From Candidatus Moraniibacteriota bacterium (GTDB lineage Bacteria; Patescibacteriota; Minisyncoccia; Moranbacterales; DUUL01), in NCBI GenBank assembly GCA_012841575.1, contig DUUL01000004.1, positions 1-51,395 of the forward strand: DNA of 51,395 bases, written 5' to 3'. The notes under the pieces were generated by a model. It did no database searches. It was not told where the DNA came from and was given only the letters and a program-made list of their open reading frames with translations. The position numbers and the translations under genes were made by a program. Shown here in pieces: positions 1 through 8,532 of this stretch (its first letter is position 1; each line of letters opens with the position of its first letter).

Positions 1-807
1 GCAGTAGTTTTGGGTTTACAAGATGAGGATGAGCCAATGGCTTTTGTGCCGTCGGATCACTATATTGGACGAAAGGAAAAGTTTATTAAATCTTTGCATG
101 AGGCGGAAAAAGTGATTAAAGAAACGGGGAAGCTAGTTGATATTTCTATTTATCCAACTGATCCAAACACTGCTCTGGGCTATACCAAAGTGGGAGAATT
201 AAAAAAAGAACAAGGAGGTGTTAAGTTTTTTGAGTTTCTGGGTCACACAGAGAAGCCTGATTTTAAAACAGCACAACGATATTTGGAGGAGGGCGGCTAT
301 CTCTGGCACGCTAATTATTATATGTGGACGCCTAAGTTGTTTCTAGAGGCTTATGCTAAATATTCACCAGAGCATTATCAAAAATTAATGGAAATTAAAG
401 AGGAGCTAGAGGGAAATGCTGATTCGACCAAGATTGCTAATCTTTACAGTGAAATGGAAAAAATTTCTATTGATTATGCAATTATGGAAAAAATGGACTC
501 GGAGAATGTTTTAATCATCCAAGGTGATTTTGATTGGAAAGATATCGGAGCGTGGGACACTTTGCATGAAAATTTAATGAATAAGGCAGATGAAAGGCGG
601 AATTTAGTACGAGGAGAGAGGGTTAATATTGATACTTCTGGATCAATTATCTATGGCCAAGAGGGGAAAGTTATTGCTACGATCGGAATAGATGATATGG
701 TGATTGTTGACACTGAGGATGCCTTGTTAGTTTGTCCTAAATCAAGGGCACAGGAAGTAAAGAAGGTGATTGAAGAGTTAAAAGAGCGAGGGAATAAGTT
801 TATTTAG
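1..807 (+). CDS. Mannose-1-phosphate guanylyltransferase (GDP-mannose pyrophosphorylase), C-terminal part; 5' end cut by the window edge
   Basis: The reading frame is open from base 1 (AVVLGLQDEDEP...), so the TTG at 10 is not the true start. FVPSDHYI, FDWKDIGAWDTL and the C-terminal IDTSGS...VIVDTEDALLVCPKSRAQEVKKV segment match the ManC/CpsB nucleotidyltransferase layout. No cupin/PMI domain follows. Confidence 0.7.
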   Translation, partial: AVVLGLQDEDEPMAFVPSDHYIGRKEKFIKSLHEAEKVIKETGKLVDISIYPTDPNTALGYTKVGELKKEQGGVKFFEFLGHTEKPDFKTAQRYLEEGGYLWHANYYMWTPKLFLEAYAKYSPEHYQKLMEIKEELEGNADSTKIANLYSEMEKISIDYAIMEKMDSENVLIIQGDFDWKDIGAWDTLHENLMNKADERRNLVRGERVNIDTSGSIIYGQEGKVIATIGIDDMVIVDTEDALLVCPKSRAQEVKKVIEELKERGNKFI

Positions 808-863
808 GTTGCTTGGAAGTTGGATTTTTTGAGAAGTTTGATTTTTACTTTTAAGAAAGTGAC

Positions 864-1898
864 TTGGAAAAATTTTTAGCAAAAAATACTTTGGATGGCG
901 GATTTTTGCAATCTGATTTTTGGGCTGACTTTCATCGACAATTGAAAAATCCGGTCTTTGAGTTTGGCGACAACAAGGAATTCAGAGCTCTAATTGTCGA
1001 ACATCAATTGCCAGTGGTGGGTAGGTACTGGTTTGTGCCTCGAGGACCAGTTTTTTCTCAGAATAAAGAAGCAGCAGAGGAATATTTGATAAAAATTTTA
1101 CAAGCGGCAAAAAAAAGACGTGTGCATTGGATCAGGGTTGAGCCACAAAAAGAACAGGATTTAAAAAGTATCAAGAAATTAATAGCAAGAAATCGAAGAG
1201 GCAAGAATAAACTTTTTTTGGTCAAAGCGACTAAAGATCATCAGCCGAAACAGACTTTAATGTTAGATTTAACTAATAAGGAGGAGGATTTGTTGGCAGA
1301 AATGAAATCCAAGACTAGATACAACATTCGCTTGGCAAAGCGTCGAGGTGTGGAAATTGCAGAAAATAAGGATGACAAAGCAATGCAAAAATTTTTAGAA
1401 TTATTGAGAATAACTGCTGAACGGGATGGAATTATAAACCATCCGAAAAATCATTATTTGACATTGGCAAAAAATCAAAAAACAAGGTTATTTTTAGCAC
1501 GCTATCAGGGTAAATTTCTTGCGGGCGCAATGGTGACTTTTTATGGCGATGTTGCTACTTACCTGCACGGTGCTTCTAGTAGTCAAATGCGCAATGCAAT
1601 GGCACCATTTTTATTGCAATGGGAGATTATTCGGCAAGCCAAGCAGAGCGGCATGAAAAAGTATGATTGGGGTGGAACAAAACTTGAAATAGTGAAAGGC
1701 AGAAAGGGAGAGGTTAAAGAAATTGTTCCAGAGAAGGGAGGCTGGCAAGGGATTAGTCGATTTAAAATTGGCTTTGCGCCAAAGAATTTACCAACTGAAT
1801 TTCCAGGTTGTTGGGACATTATATTAAGCCCATTTCACTATAGAGCTTATCTTTTTTTACAAAAAATCAAAGCAATGATAAAAAGATGGAAGTTTTAA
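864..1898 (+). CDS. FemAB-family peptidyltransferase (aminoacyl-tRNA-dependent peptidoglycan interpeptide-bridge formation)
   Basis: 344 aa. SKTRYNIRLAKRRGV and YLHGASS...RNAMAPFLLQWEIIRQAKQSGMKKYDWGG resemble the FemX/FemAB duplicated-GNAT fold. TTG start. Confidence 0.6.
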   Translation: MEKFLAKNTLDGGFLQSDFWADFHRQLKNPVFEFGDNKEFRALIVEHQLPVVGRYWFVPRGPVFSQNKEAAEEYLIKILQAAKKRRVHWIRVEPQKEQDLKSIKKLIARNRRGKNKLFLVKATKDHQPKQTLMLDLTNKEEDLLAEMKSKTRYNIRLAKRRGVEIAENKDDKAMQKFLELLRITAERDGIINHPKNHYLTLAKNQKTRLFLARYQGKFLAGAMVTFYGDVATYLHGASSSQMRNAMAPFLLQWEIIRQAKQSGMKKYDWGGTKLEIVKGRKGEVKEIVPEKGGWQGISRFKIGFAPKNLPTEFPGCWDIILSPFHYRAYLFLQKIKAMIKRWKF

Positions 1899-1899
1899 T

Positions 1900-1927
1900 T
1901 TGAAAAAAATGTATTTTTTGTTATCAT
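1900..1927 (+). promoter_or_regulatory. Putative sigma70-type promoter (TTGAAA - 16 nt - TGtTATCAT) for the 1949 gene
   Basis: -35 TTGAAA at 1900-1905. Extended -10 TGt TATCAT at 1919-1927. Lies 22 nt upstream of the ATG at 1949. Confidence 0.4.
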
Positions 1928-1948
1928 TAGAATAATTAATTAGCAAAA

Positions 1949-2470
1949 ATGGAAACTATTCAGTGGATGGAGGAAATAAACAGTGTATTGGGGGACTCAG
2001 CCCTTTTTTTGACTTTTCGTTTTCTCCTGGCTTTCTATCTAATTATTATTCTTATTACGACTGTTTTGTTGTTGATTCAACTTTTTCGCTTAGGTTATTT
2101 AACCGAGTTGTTGGTGGGAGCAGGCCGACCTAATTTTAAAGCTCAAAAGAGTCGAGCGCAAAAAAGGTGGCAAAAAATTGTTGATCGACTAAAATCTGAT
2201 CAGAGTAATGAATATAAAGCGGCAGTTTTAGAAGCAGCTAACTTCCTTAATGAGACTTTGGAGGCTGCAGGTTATGCTGGAGAAACTTTGGGAGAAAAGT
2301 TAAATCAGATGAGTGAGGGTCAATTTGAAAACATTGAACAACTCAAAGAAGCCAACTTGATTAAGAATAAAATTGTTCAAGAAGATAGTTTTACAATTGG
2401 GCAAGATGAGGCTAGACAGACGATTGAAATTTTTGCGGAGGGTCTTAGACTTTTGGAGGTGATCGATTAA
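1949..2470 (+). CDS. Hypothetical N-terminally membrane-anchored protein
   Basis: 173 aa. One long hydrophobic segment (FLTFRFLLAFYLIIILITTVLLLIQLF) followed by a charged helical domain. No motif recognised. Confidence 0.4.
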   Translation: METIQWMEEINSVLGDSALFLTFRFLLAFYLIIILITTVLLLIQLFRLGYLTELLVGAGRPNFKAQKSRAQKRWQKIVDRLKSDQSNEYKAAVLEAANFLNETLEAAGYAGETLGEKLNQMSEGQFENIEQLKEANLIKNKIVQEDSFTIGQDEARQTIEIFAEGLRLLEVID

Positions 2471-2483
2471 AATTGTTTAAAAT

Positions 2484-3731
2484 ATGAAAAAAATAAAAAA
2501 TAAAAAAAAGATAAAGAAGGGAGCAAAGATAAATAGAAAAAATATTCTTACTTTCCCCAAGGATTTTTGGTGGGGGGCGGCTTATGCCTCTCATCAAGTA
2601 GAGGGCAATAATACTAATAATAATTGGTGGCGTTGGGAGCAGCAAGGTGGCTCAGAGGACTCTTCGGGCAGGGCTTGTGATAGCTGGAATCTTTTCCGTC
2701 GAGATCATGATTTGGTAGAAGAGTTAGGATTAAAATCTTTTCGCTTAAGTTTAGAGTGGTCACGAATTGAACCAAGTGAAGGAAAGTTTGATAAAGAGTC
2801 AATCGAGCATTATCGCACGGTTTTACGTGATTTAAAGAAGCGAGGAGTGAAAACAACAGTAACCTTATGGCACTGGACATTGCCACTTTGGCTGGTTGAT
2901 AAGTATGGTGGTTGGCATAATAAAAAAAGTATTAAGTTTTTTGTTCGTTATTGTAAAAAAGTGGTTGAAGAGTTGGGTGAAGAGATTGATTTATTTTTAA
3001 TTTTAAATGAGCCCAATATACCTTTAAATAAGGGCTACCTAAATGCAGAGCATCCACCAGGGAAACGCAATCCGTGGCTTTTTTGGCAGGCGACAAAAAA
3101 CATGATCCAGGCCTATAAAGACTGTTATGATATAACTAAGAAAATTAACCCAGACTTACCTGTTGGCTTCACCCAGCATGCCAGTGAATTTGTCACACCT
3201 CATCAGTTTTGGGGAGCTCAGTGGTTAATCAAAAAAATTGAAAGTTTTTCTAATTGGCATTTCTACTTTAAAATTGAGGGCAAGTTTGATTTTGTGGGGA
3301 TTAATTACTATACAGGACACGAATTACAATTAAAAAAACCTTTTCGTAAACCAAGATCAGAAAGTATAATTTTTTCTGATATGGGTTGGGGATTTTCTCC
3401 CAGAGGAATTTATGAAGTGATTATGGATGCAAAAGAAAGGTTCCCTCAAAAACCGATTTATATTCTTGAAAATGGGGCGGCAGATGCAGAAGATAAAATT
3501 AGAGAAGAGTATATCCGCGGACATTTAAAATGGATTCATCAAGCAATTGAGGATGGCGCAGATGTTCGAGGATATTTTCATTGGTCGTTGCTAGACAATT
3601 TTGAGTGGCAGGCTGGTTTTTGGCCTCGATTTGGGCTTTGTGAAATGGATTATCAAACGATGGAGCGTAAACCTCGCAAAAGTTTTTATTATTATCAAAA
3701 GGTGATTCGAGAAAACAAGATTGAGGTTTGA
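2484..3731 (+). CDS. Glycoside hydrolase family 1 (beta-glucosidase/beta-galactosidase type)
   Basis: FPKDFWWGAAYASHQVEG N-terminal signature, acid/base LILNEPNI, nucleophile YILENGAAD, and HWSLLDNFEW. An unusual Lys-rich 24-aa N-terminal extension (MKKIKNKKKIKKGAKINRKN). Confidence 0.8.
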   Translation: MKKIKNKKKIKKGAKINRKNILTFPKDFWWGAAYASHQVEGNNTNNNWWRWEQQGGSEDSSGRACDSWNLFRRDHDLVEELGLKSFRLSLEWSRIEPSEGKFDKESIEHYRTVLRDLKKRGVKTTVTLWHWTLPLWLVDKYGGWHNKKSIKFFVRYCKKVVEELGEEIDLFLILNEPNIPLNKGYLNAEHPPGKRNPWLFWQATKNMIQAYKDCYDITKKINPDLPVGFTQHASEFVTPHQFWGAQWLIKKIESFSNWHFYFKIEGKFDFVGINYYTGHELQLKKPFRKPRSESIIFSDMGWGFSPRGIYEVIMDAKERFPQKPIYILENGAADAEDKIREEYIRGHLKWIHQAIEDGADVRGYFHWSLLDNFEWQAGFWPRFGLCEMDYQTMERKPRKSFYYYQKVIRENKIEV

Positions 3732-3779
3732 TCTTATAAAAAGAAAGATTAATTAAGGAAAAATTAAAATCATTTTTAT

Positions 3780-4697
3780 ATGAATTGGATAGTTATTTCG
3801 CTGATTGCGTATTTTGTTTTGGCGGCTGAGTCAGTTGCTAATAAGTTTTTGATATCGGGGAAGGTGAGGTCTTGGCAAACCTATCTTTTCTATGTTGGGC
3901 TACTTTCAGCATTCAGCTTTTTTCTTTTTCCTTTGGGTCTAGAATGGTTTGGTTGGAAGTTCTTTTTGGTTTTAGTAGTAGCGGGAGTTTTTTTTGCTGC
4001 TTATTTAACAATGCTTTTTTGGGCACTGGATGATTCAGCAGCATCACGTTCATTTGTTTTGGTTGGGGCAGTTTTCACTTTAGTTACTTTCTTTTTAGCT
4101 TTTTTATTTTTGGAGGAGGAGTTTACCTTTTTAAGTGTTAGTGGAATCTTGCTATTGTTGGCGGGCGGTTTTCTGGTTTCTTATCAGCCGAAAGAGGGAG
4201 AGTTTTTTGGAGCTTGGTGGAAATTAGTTTTGGCTGGGATTGCTTTTGCTATTTTTTCTGTTTTATTTAACTATGCTTTCACGGATCTTCCTGATGAAAG
4301 AAGTGTCTTTATTAGTGGCTATATTTATAGTCGAGTTGGCATTGTTGGTGCAATTTTAATTATGTTTTTATTCAGACGATATCGACAACCTGTTTTAAGT
4401 TCATTGAGGGGAACAGGTGTAGGAAAAGGCACAACAAATTTTGGTTGGACATTTTTAGTTAAAACTTTTTCTGGCATTGCTAGTTTCATGTTAAATTATG
4501 CGATGTCAATTGGGGAAATTGCTAAGATTAATGCTCTTTCTGCAGTTCAATATTTGTTTGTTTTTTTAATGTCAGTTGCTTTAGGTTTTAAATTTAAGAA
4601 AGTTTTCGGAGAAGATTTCGAGCGAAGAAATTTGATTTATAAAACAATCGGTTCAGTGTTTGTTGTAGTTGGAATATTTTTTATTATGTATTACTAA
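3780..4697 (+). CDS. DMT-superfamily (EamA-like) polytopic membrane transporter
   Basis: 305 aa with about 10 hydrophobic helices in two halves, as in EamA-repeat permeases. No diagnostic motif, so the call is by architecture only. Confidence 0.45.
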   Translation: MNWIVISLIAYFVLAAESVANKFLISGKVRSWQTYLFYVGLLSAFSFFLFPLGLEWFGWKFFLVLVVAGVFFAAYLTMLFWALDDSAASRSFVLVGAVFTLVTFFLAFLFLEEEFTFLSVSGILLLLAGGFLVSYQPKEGEFFGAWWKLVLAGIAFAIFSVLFNYAFTDLPDERSVFISGYIYSRVGIVGAILIMFLFRRYRQPVLSSLRGTGVGKGTTNFGWTFLVKTFSGIASFMLNYAMSIGEIAKINALSAVQYLFVFLMSVALGFKFKKVFGEDFERRNLIYKTIGSVFVVVGIFFIMYY

Positions 4698-4716
4698 ATT
4701 ATTAATTTAAAAAAAG

Positions 4717-5733
4717 ATGGCTAGGTTTTTATTAAAGTTTACGGGGAGAATCTTATTAGTTTTAGTCGTAATAGCTGGATTACTCTGGATAGCTTTTAAT
4801 TGGCCTGTTCGAGGCAAGAACGAGCAAATGCCTTTTCACATTTCTTTTTCTCAGCTTTATGCTAATTCTTTGGGTTTGGACTGGAAAGAGGTGTATCAGG
4901 AAATACTTACTGACTTAAGACCTCAAAAAATACGAATTGCCGCCTATTGGACAGAGATTGAAAAAGAAAGAGGAGGCTATAATTGGGATGATTTAGATTG
5001 GATGATTGAGCAAGCGGGAGAAAGTGGCACTGAGGTCACGTTGGCTTTTGGCATTAAAGTGCCGCGTTGGCCAGAGTGCTTTATTCCTGAGTTTTATTTA
5101 GACGATAAGGAAATGCGTGAGGAGGCATTGTTAAAATATGAAAAGTTATTATTAGAGCGCTATAAAGACAACCCAGCTATTACAATGTGGCAGGTTGAAA
5201 ACGAGCCATTTTTACCTTTTGGGAACTGTGTTAAAGGTGCTATAGATGCTGCCTTGGTAGACAGAGAGATTGCGCAAGTAAAATCAATTGACTCCAGTCG
5301 CCCAGTGATGGTAACGGATAGTGGTGAGTTATCAGTTTGGGTGCAGGCAGCTAAACGAGCAGATATTTTTGGCACTACCCTGTATCGTATTATTTATAAG
5401 GAGCCATTTGGCTATGTTTACTATCCACTAGGACCAAGTTTTTTCAAAATAAAAGCATTAATTATTAAAGTTTTTGCTAATCAGGGAAGGATTGTTGTTT
5501 CCGAATTACAGGCAGAGCCTTGGTCGAAGGGTTGGATTCTAAACAACTCAATTGAGGAGCAATATCGTTCAATGAATCCTGAAAAATTTGTGGAAATTAT
5601 TGAATATACCAAAAAGACTAAGTTTGAAGAGGCGTATTTGTGGGGAGTTGAGTGGTGGTATTGGCTAAAGGAAGAAAAAGCAAAACCAGAAATGTGGGAT
5701 GAGGCCAGAAGAGTAATTCAGACAGGGAATTAA
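4717..5733 (+). CDS. Membrane-anchored clan GH-A glycoside hydrolase (GH5/GH42-like TIM barrel)
   Basis: N-terminal TM (ILLVLVVIAGLLWIAF). WQVENEPF (NEP acid/base at the end of strand 4) and VVSELQAEPW (candidate nucleophile Glu) about 100 residues apart, as in 4/7-superfamily hydrolases. Confidence 0.5.
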   Translation: MARFLLKFTGRILLVLVVIAGLLWIAFNWPVRGKNEQMPFHISFSQLYANSLGLDWKEVYQEILTDLRPQKIRIAAYWTEIEKERGGYNWDDLDWMIEQAGESGTEVTLAFGIKVPRWPECFIPEFYLDDKEMREEALLKYEKLLLERYKDNPAITMWQVENEPFLPFGNCVKGAIDAALVDREIAQVKSIDSSRPVMVTDSGELSVWVQAAKRADIFGTTLYRIIYKEPFGYVYYPLGPSFFKIKALIIKVFANQGRIVVSELQAEPWSKGWILNNSIEEQYRSMNPEKFVEIIEYTKKTKFEEAYLWGVEWWYWLKEEKAKPEMWDEARRVIQTGN

Positions 5734-5820
5734 GTGATTGAGATAGCTACTATTTACTCAGAGCAACAAAAATAAATAGGCTAATTAGATTAAAAGGTGT
5801 CGAAGTTGATTTGACACTTT

Positions 5821-5849
5821 TTAAATATCATGTTATGGTTTAACTTAGT
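5821..5849 (+). promoter_or_regulatory. Putative strong sigma70-type promoter (TTGACA - 17 nt incl. TGt - TATGGT)
   Basis: Consensus -35 TTGACA at 5821-5826. Extended -10 TG at 5841-5842 and TATGGT at 5844-5849. Upstream of the sigma4/HARE-HTH gene. Confidence 0.45.
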
Positions 5850-5872
5850 AAAATTATTTAGCGGGAAAGGCT

Positions 5873-5910
5873 CTGACTAGTTTATCGAGGATTTAGTCAG
5901 GCAATTTTTT
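5873..5910 (+). promoter_or_regulatory. Terminator-like hairpin plus T6 tract inside the 5' leader of the 5932 gene (possible attenuator or short leader RNA)
   Basis: CTGACTA (5873-5879) pairs with TAGTCAG (5894-5900) around a 14-nt loop, followed by gcaaTTTTTT (5905-5910). Sits between the predicted promoter and the ATG at 5932. Confidence 0.3.
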
Positions 5911-5931
5911 AATGTCAATTAAACAAGAAAA

Positions 5932-7035
5932 ATGAGCAGAAAGAAGTTAGCTAGCCCTAAAATTGACCTAAGGCTTGGCGCGAGATCTTGCGCAAAGCTT
6001 AATTTGAGTCAAATTGTTGACGAACTACTTAGCAATATTAAAGAAAGACAGCGTAAAATACTAATTAAGAGATTTGGCTTGAATGGAAGAAATCCTTTAG
6101 TGCTAGAAAAAATTGGCAGGGAATTTGGTGTGACTCGCGAGCGAATTAGGCAGATTGAAGTGGATAGCTTTCGTCGCTTAGCTTTTGTTGAAAAAAGTGA
6201 TGACTTCAAGAGGATTATCGAGCGAGCCAAAAAAGAAATTATTAAGGCTGGGGATTTTTACGAAAAAGATAAGTTGAAAGAGGTTTTGTGTCCGCAAGCC
6301 TCTAACTTAGAGAAAAATCAGTTAATGTTTATTTTGAACAGTGCTCCAGAGTTAAGTCTTAGGAAAGGAACTCTAAAGGTTGGTGGGTTTTGGTTTCTAA
6401 AAGAAAAAAATGTGCAAAAATCAGTTTTGGCAGCGCATCAATTAATCGTGAAGTTTATTAAAGAAAACAAGCGTCCTGTACGAATTGGTAAAATTGTTGA
6501 TTTTCTACAAACGACTGAACAAAAAGATTTTTTCCCAGCAGAGAAAGCTCGGAGTCGAGCAAAAATGATTTGTTTGATTAGTCGACAAATTGATAGTAAT
6601 ATTATGAATGAGTGGGGCTTGAATAATTGGCGAATTATTTCACAAAGAGGATCTGGTGAAAAGGCCTACTTAGTTTTACGGCAACAAAAAAAGCCGCTTC
6701 ATTTTAGAAAGATTGCTCAACTAATTAGCTTGAATTGGTCTGATGGAGCAGCTCTTCCACAAACGGTTCATAATGAATTAATTAAAGACAAGAAGCGTTT
6801 TGTTTTAGTGGGAAGAGGAACTTATGGCTTGAGTAGCTGGGGATTGGTTTCCGGAACAGTAAAAGAGATTATTTTAAATTATATGACCGAGGTAAATAAG
6901 CCATTAGGGAAAGAGTCTATTGTAGAGTATGTTTTAAGTCGGAGACAAGTTAAGGCAGCGACTGTTATCGTTACTTTGTCAGATCGACGTTTTTTTGCTA
7001 AAACTAAAGATGGGCTTTTTCAGCCTAGGAAATAG
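5932..7035 (+). CDS. Sigma-70 region-4-only HTH protein fused to HARE-HTH-like winged-helix domain(s); not a canonical sigma factor
   Basis: RQRKILIKRFGLNGRNPLVLEKIGREFGVTRERIRQIEVDSFRRL is a textbook sigma70 region 4.2 HTH. No region 2 is present. The C-terminal LHFRKIAQLI...KRFVLVGRGTYGLSSWG matches the HARE-HTH pattern of the RNAP delta N-domain. Confidence 0.6.
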   Translation: MSRKKLASPKIDLRLGARSCAKLNLSQIVDELLSNIKERQRKILIKRFGLNGRNPLVLEKIGREFGVTRERIRQIEVDSFRRLAFVEKSDDFKRIIERAKKEIIKAGDFYEKDKLKEVLCPQASNLEKNQLMFILNSAPELSLRKGTLKVGGFWFLKEKNVQKSVLAAHQLIVKFIKENKRPVRIGKIVDFLQTTEQKDFFPAEKARSRAKMICLISRQIDSNIMNEWGLNNWRIISQRGSGEKAYLVLRQQKKPLHFRKIAQLISLNWSDGAALPQTVHNELIKDKKRFVLVGRGTYGLSSWGLVSGTVKEIILNYMTEVNKPLGKESIVEYVLSRRQVKAATVIVTLSDRRFFAKTKDGLFQPRK

Positions 7036-7069
7036 GGAGTGTCAACTTATAATTGAAAATTAAAGAAAA

Positions 7070-8449
7070 ATGGCATCAAGAAACGAAGAAAGGCAGCTTG
7101 GGGTCTTTTGGGCGACAATTTCTGTTGTGGCAATTCTTTTACCAGTTGTCACTTTTTTGGCTTTAAGGGATTTATATTTTTTGAAGTTGGTTTTTGGTAT
7201 TCTGGTTAATTTTTGGTGGATAATCTTACCTTTTCCTGCTTGGTTCATCTTTAAGGGAGTCTGGGGAGAGTATACTGACATGAAGTTTGCTGTTGCGCAA
7301 AAGTACGTTCTTTTAGAAGTGATTGTTCCCTCTGATATTGAAAGAAGCCCCAAGGTAATGGAGCAGGTTTTTTACGGTTGTCATCAAAGCTCAAGAATTA
7401 ATAAGTTCGAAGAGCATTGTGGTTGGCGACCTATGCAAGTTAAGTTTACCTTTGAAATAGTTTCCACTGAAGGCAAGGTGCGTTTTTTGTTGCATTGCAC
7501 GGAAGCAGATCGCAATACACTGGAGTCCCATATTTACTCTTTTTACCCAACGGCAGAAATTTTTGAAGTAGAAGATTACACCAAAGAAGTGCCTTTAGTT
7601 TTGCCGAATCGAGATTGGGATGTTTGGGGTTCAACTTTTGCTTTAGTTAATGAGGATGCTTTACCAATAAGAACTTATTCTTATTTTAAAGAGGATGTAA
7701 CTGGAAAGATGATTGATCCGTTAGCATCTCTTTTGGAAGTAATGGGTTCTATCGGCAAGGGTCAGCATCTTTGGTATCAAATCATATTTACAGCACTAGA
7801 GGCTCATGATTGGAAACCAGATGCTGAGGCCTACATTGCAAAGTTAACCAAGCGAGCTAAGGTAAAAAAATCTGGTTGGTTTAGTAATTTAATGGGGGAA
7901 TTAGGGGTTTTGCCGAGTAATTTATTTAAAGGTTACTTTAGTCAGGAACTTGAGGGGGTTTCTTCAGAAGGCTCTTCTGATAAATTCAATATTAACGAAC
8001 TAACTCCCGGTGAACAGGAACAGCTACAAGCAATTTCAGATAATGTTTCTCGAATGGCTTTTGCGACTTCAATTCGACTGGTCTATTTAGGCAAAAGAGA
8101 TGTTTTTAGTAAGTCAGTTGGAGTGGGTGGACCAATGGGAGCGTTGAAATTATTTGCAGACGTAAACTTGAATGGCTTGAAACCTGATAATAAAACCAAG
8201 ACTTACGCAGATTATTATTTCACTCAAGCCAGAAATGCTTATCGTCAAAGAAAAATTGTGCACAACTATCGCAACCGTTCTTTTTCTGGAGCCAGCTTTG
8301 TTTTTCACACGGATGAACTGGCAACAGTCTTTCACTTTCCTGACATGTCAGTTAAAGTGGCGAATGTTTCAAGAATTGAAGCACAAAAAAGTGATGCACC
8401 TACTAATTTACCAGTGGAGGACGGAGTGGTTTTTGAGTCAAGTCGTTAA
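7070..8449 (+). CDS. Hypothetical membrane protein (two N-terminal TM helices plus a roughly 390-aa soluble domain), partner of the downstream ATPase
   Basis: 459 aa. TM helices VFWATISVVAILLPVVTFLAL and VFGILVNFWWIILPFPAWFIF. No catalytic motif recognised. 68-nt gap to the next gene on the same strand. Confidence 0.5.
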   Translation: MASRNEERQLGVFWATISVVAILLPVVTFLALRDLYFLKLVFGILVNFWWIILPFPAWFIFKGVWGEYTDMKFAVAQKYVLLEVIVPSDIERSPKVMEQVFYGCHQSSRINKFEEHCGWRPMQVKFTFEIVSTEGKVRFLLHCTEADRNTLESHIYSFYPTAEIFEVEDYTKEVPLVLPNRDWDVWGSTFALVNEDALPIRTYSYFKEDVTGKMIDPLASLLEVMGSIGKGQHLWYQIIFTALEAHDWKPDAEAYIAKLTKRAKVKKSGWFSNLMGELGVLPSNLFKGYFSQELEGVSSEGSSDKFNINELTPGEQEQLQAISDNVSRMAFATSIRLVYLGKRDVFSKSVGVGGPMGALKLFADVNLNGLKPDNKTKTYADYYFTQARNAYRQRKIVHNYRNRSFSGASFVFHTDELATVFHFPDMSVKVANVSRIEAQKSDAPTNLPVEDGVVFESSR

Positions 8450-8532
8450 TTTTAATTTGGGTAAATAAACCAAAATTAAAAATTGATTAAGTTAAATAAT
8501 TTTAAAATAAAAGTGTTGTGGAGGAAAGGGGA

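Noticed and set aside
816-845. Imperfect direct repeat GAAGTTGGATTTTTT / GAAGTTTGATTTTT between manC and the FemAB gene
   Set aside because: It is short, AT-rich and imperfect, with no associated hairpin or promoter boxes. It is probably chance or low-complexity sequence.
8235-8468. 77-aa + strand ORF overlapping the 3' end of the 7070-8449 gene in another frame
   Set aside because: It is entirely nested in and overlaps a longer ORF with coherent composition. It has no RBS, and its product has no recognisable features.
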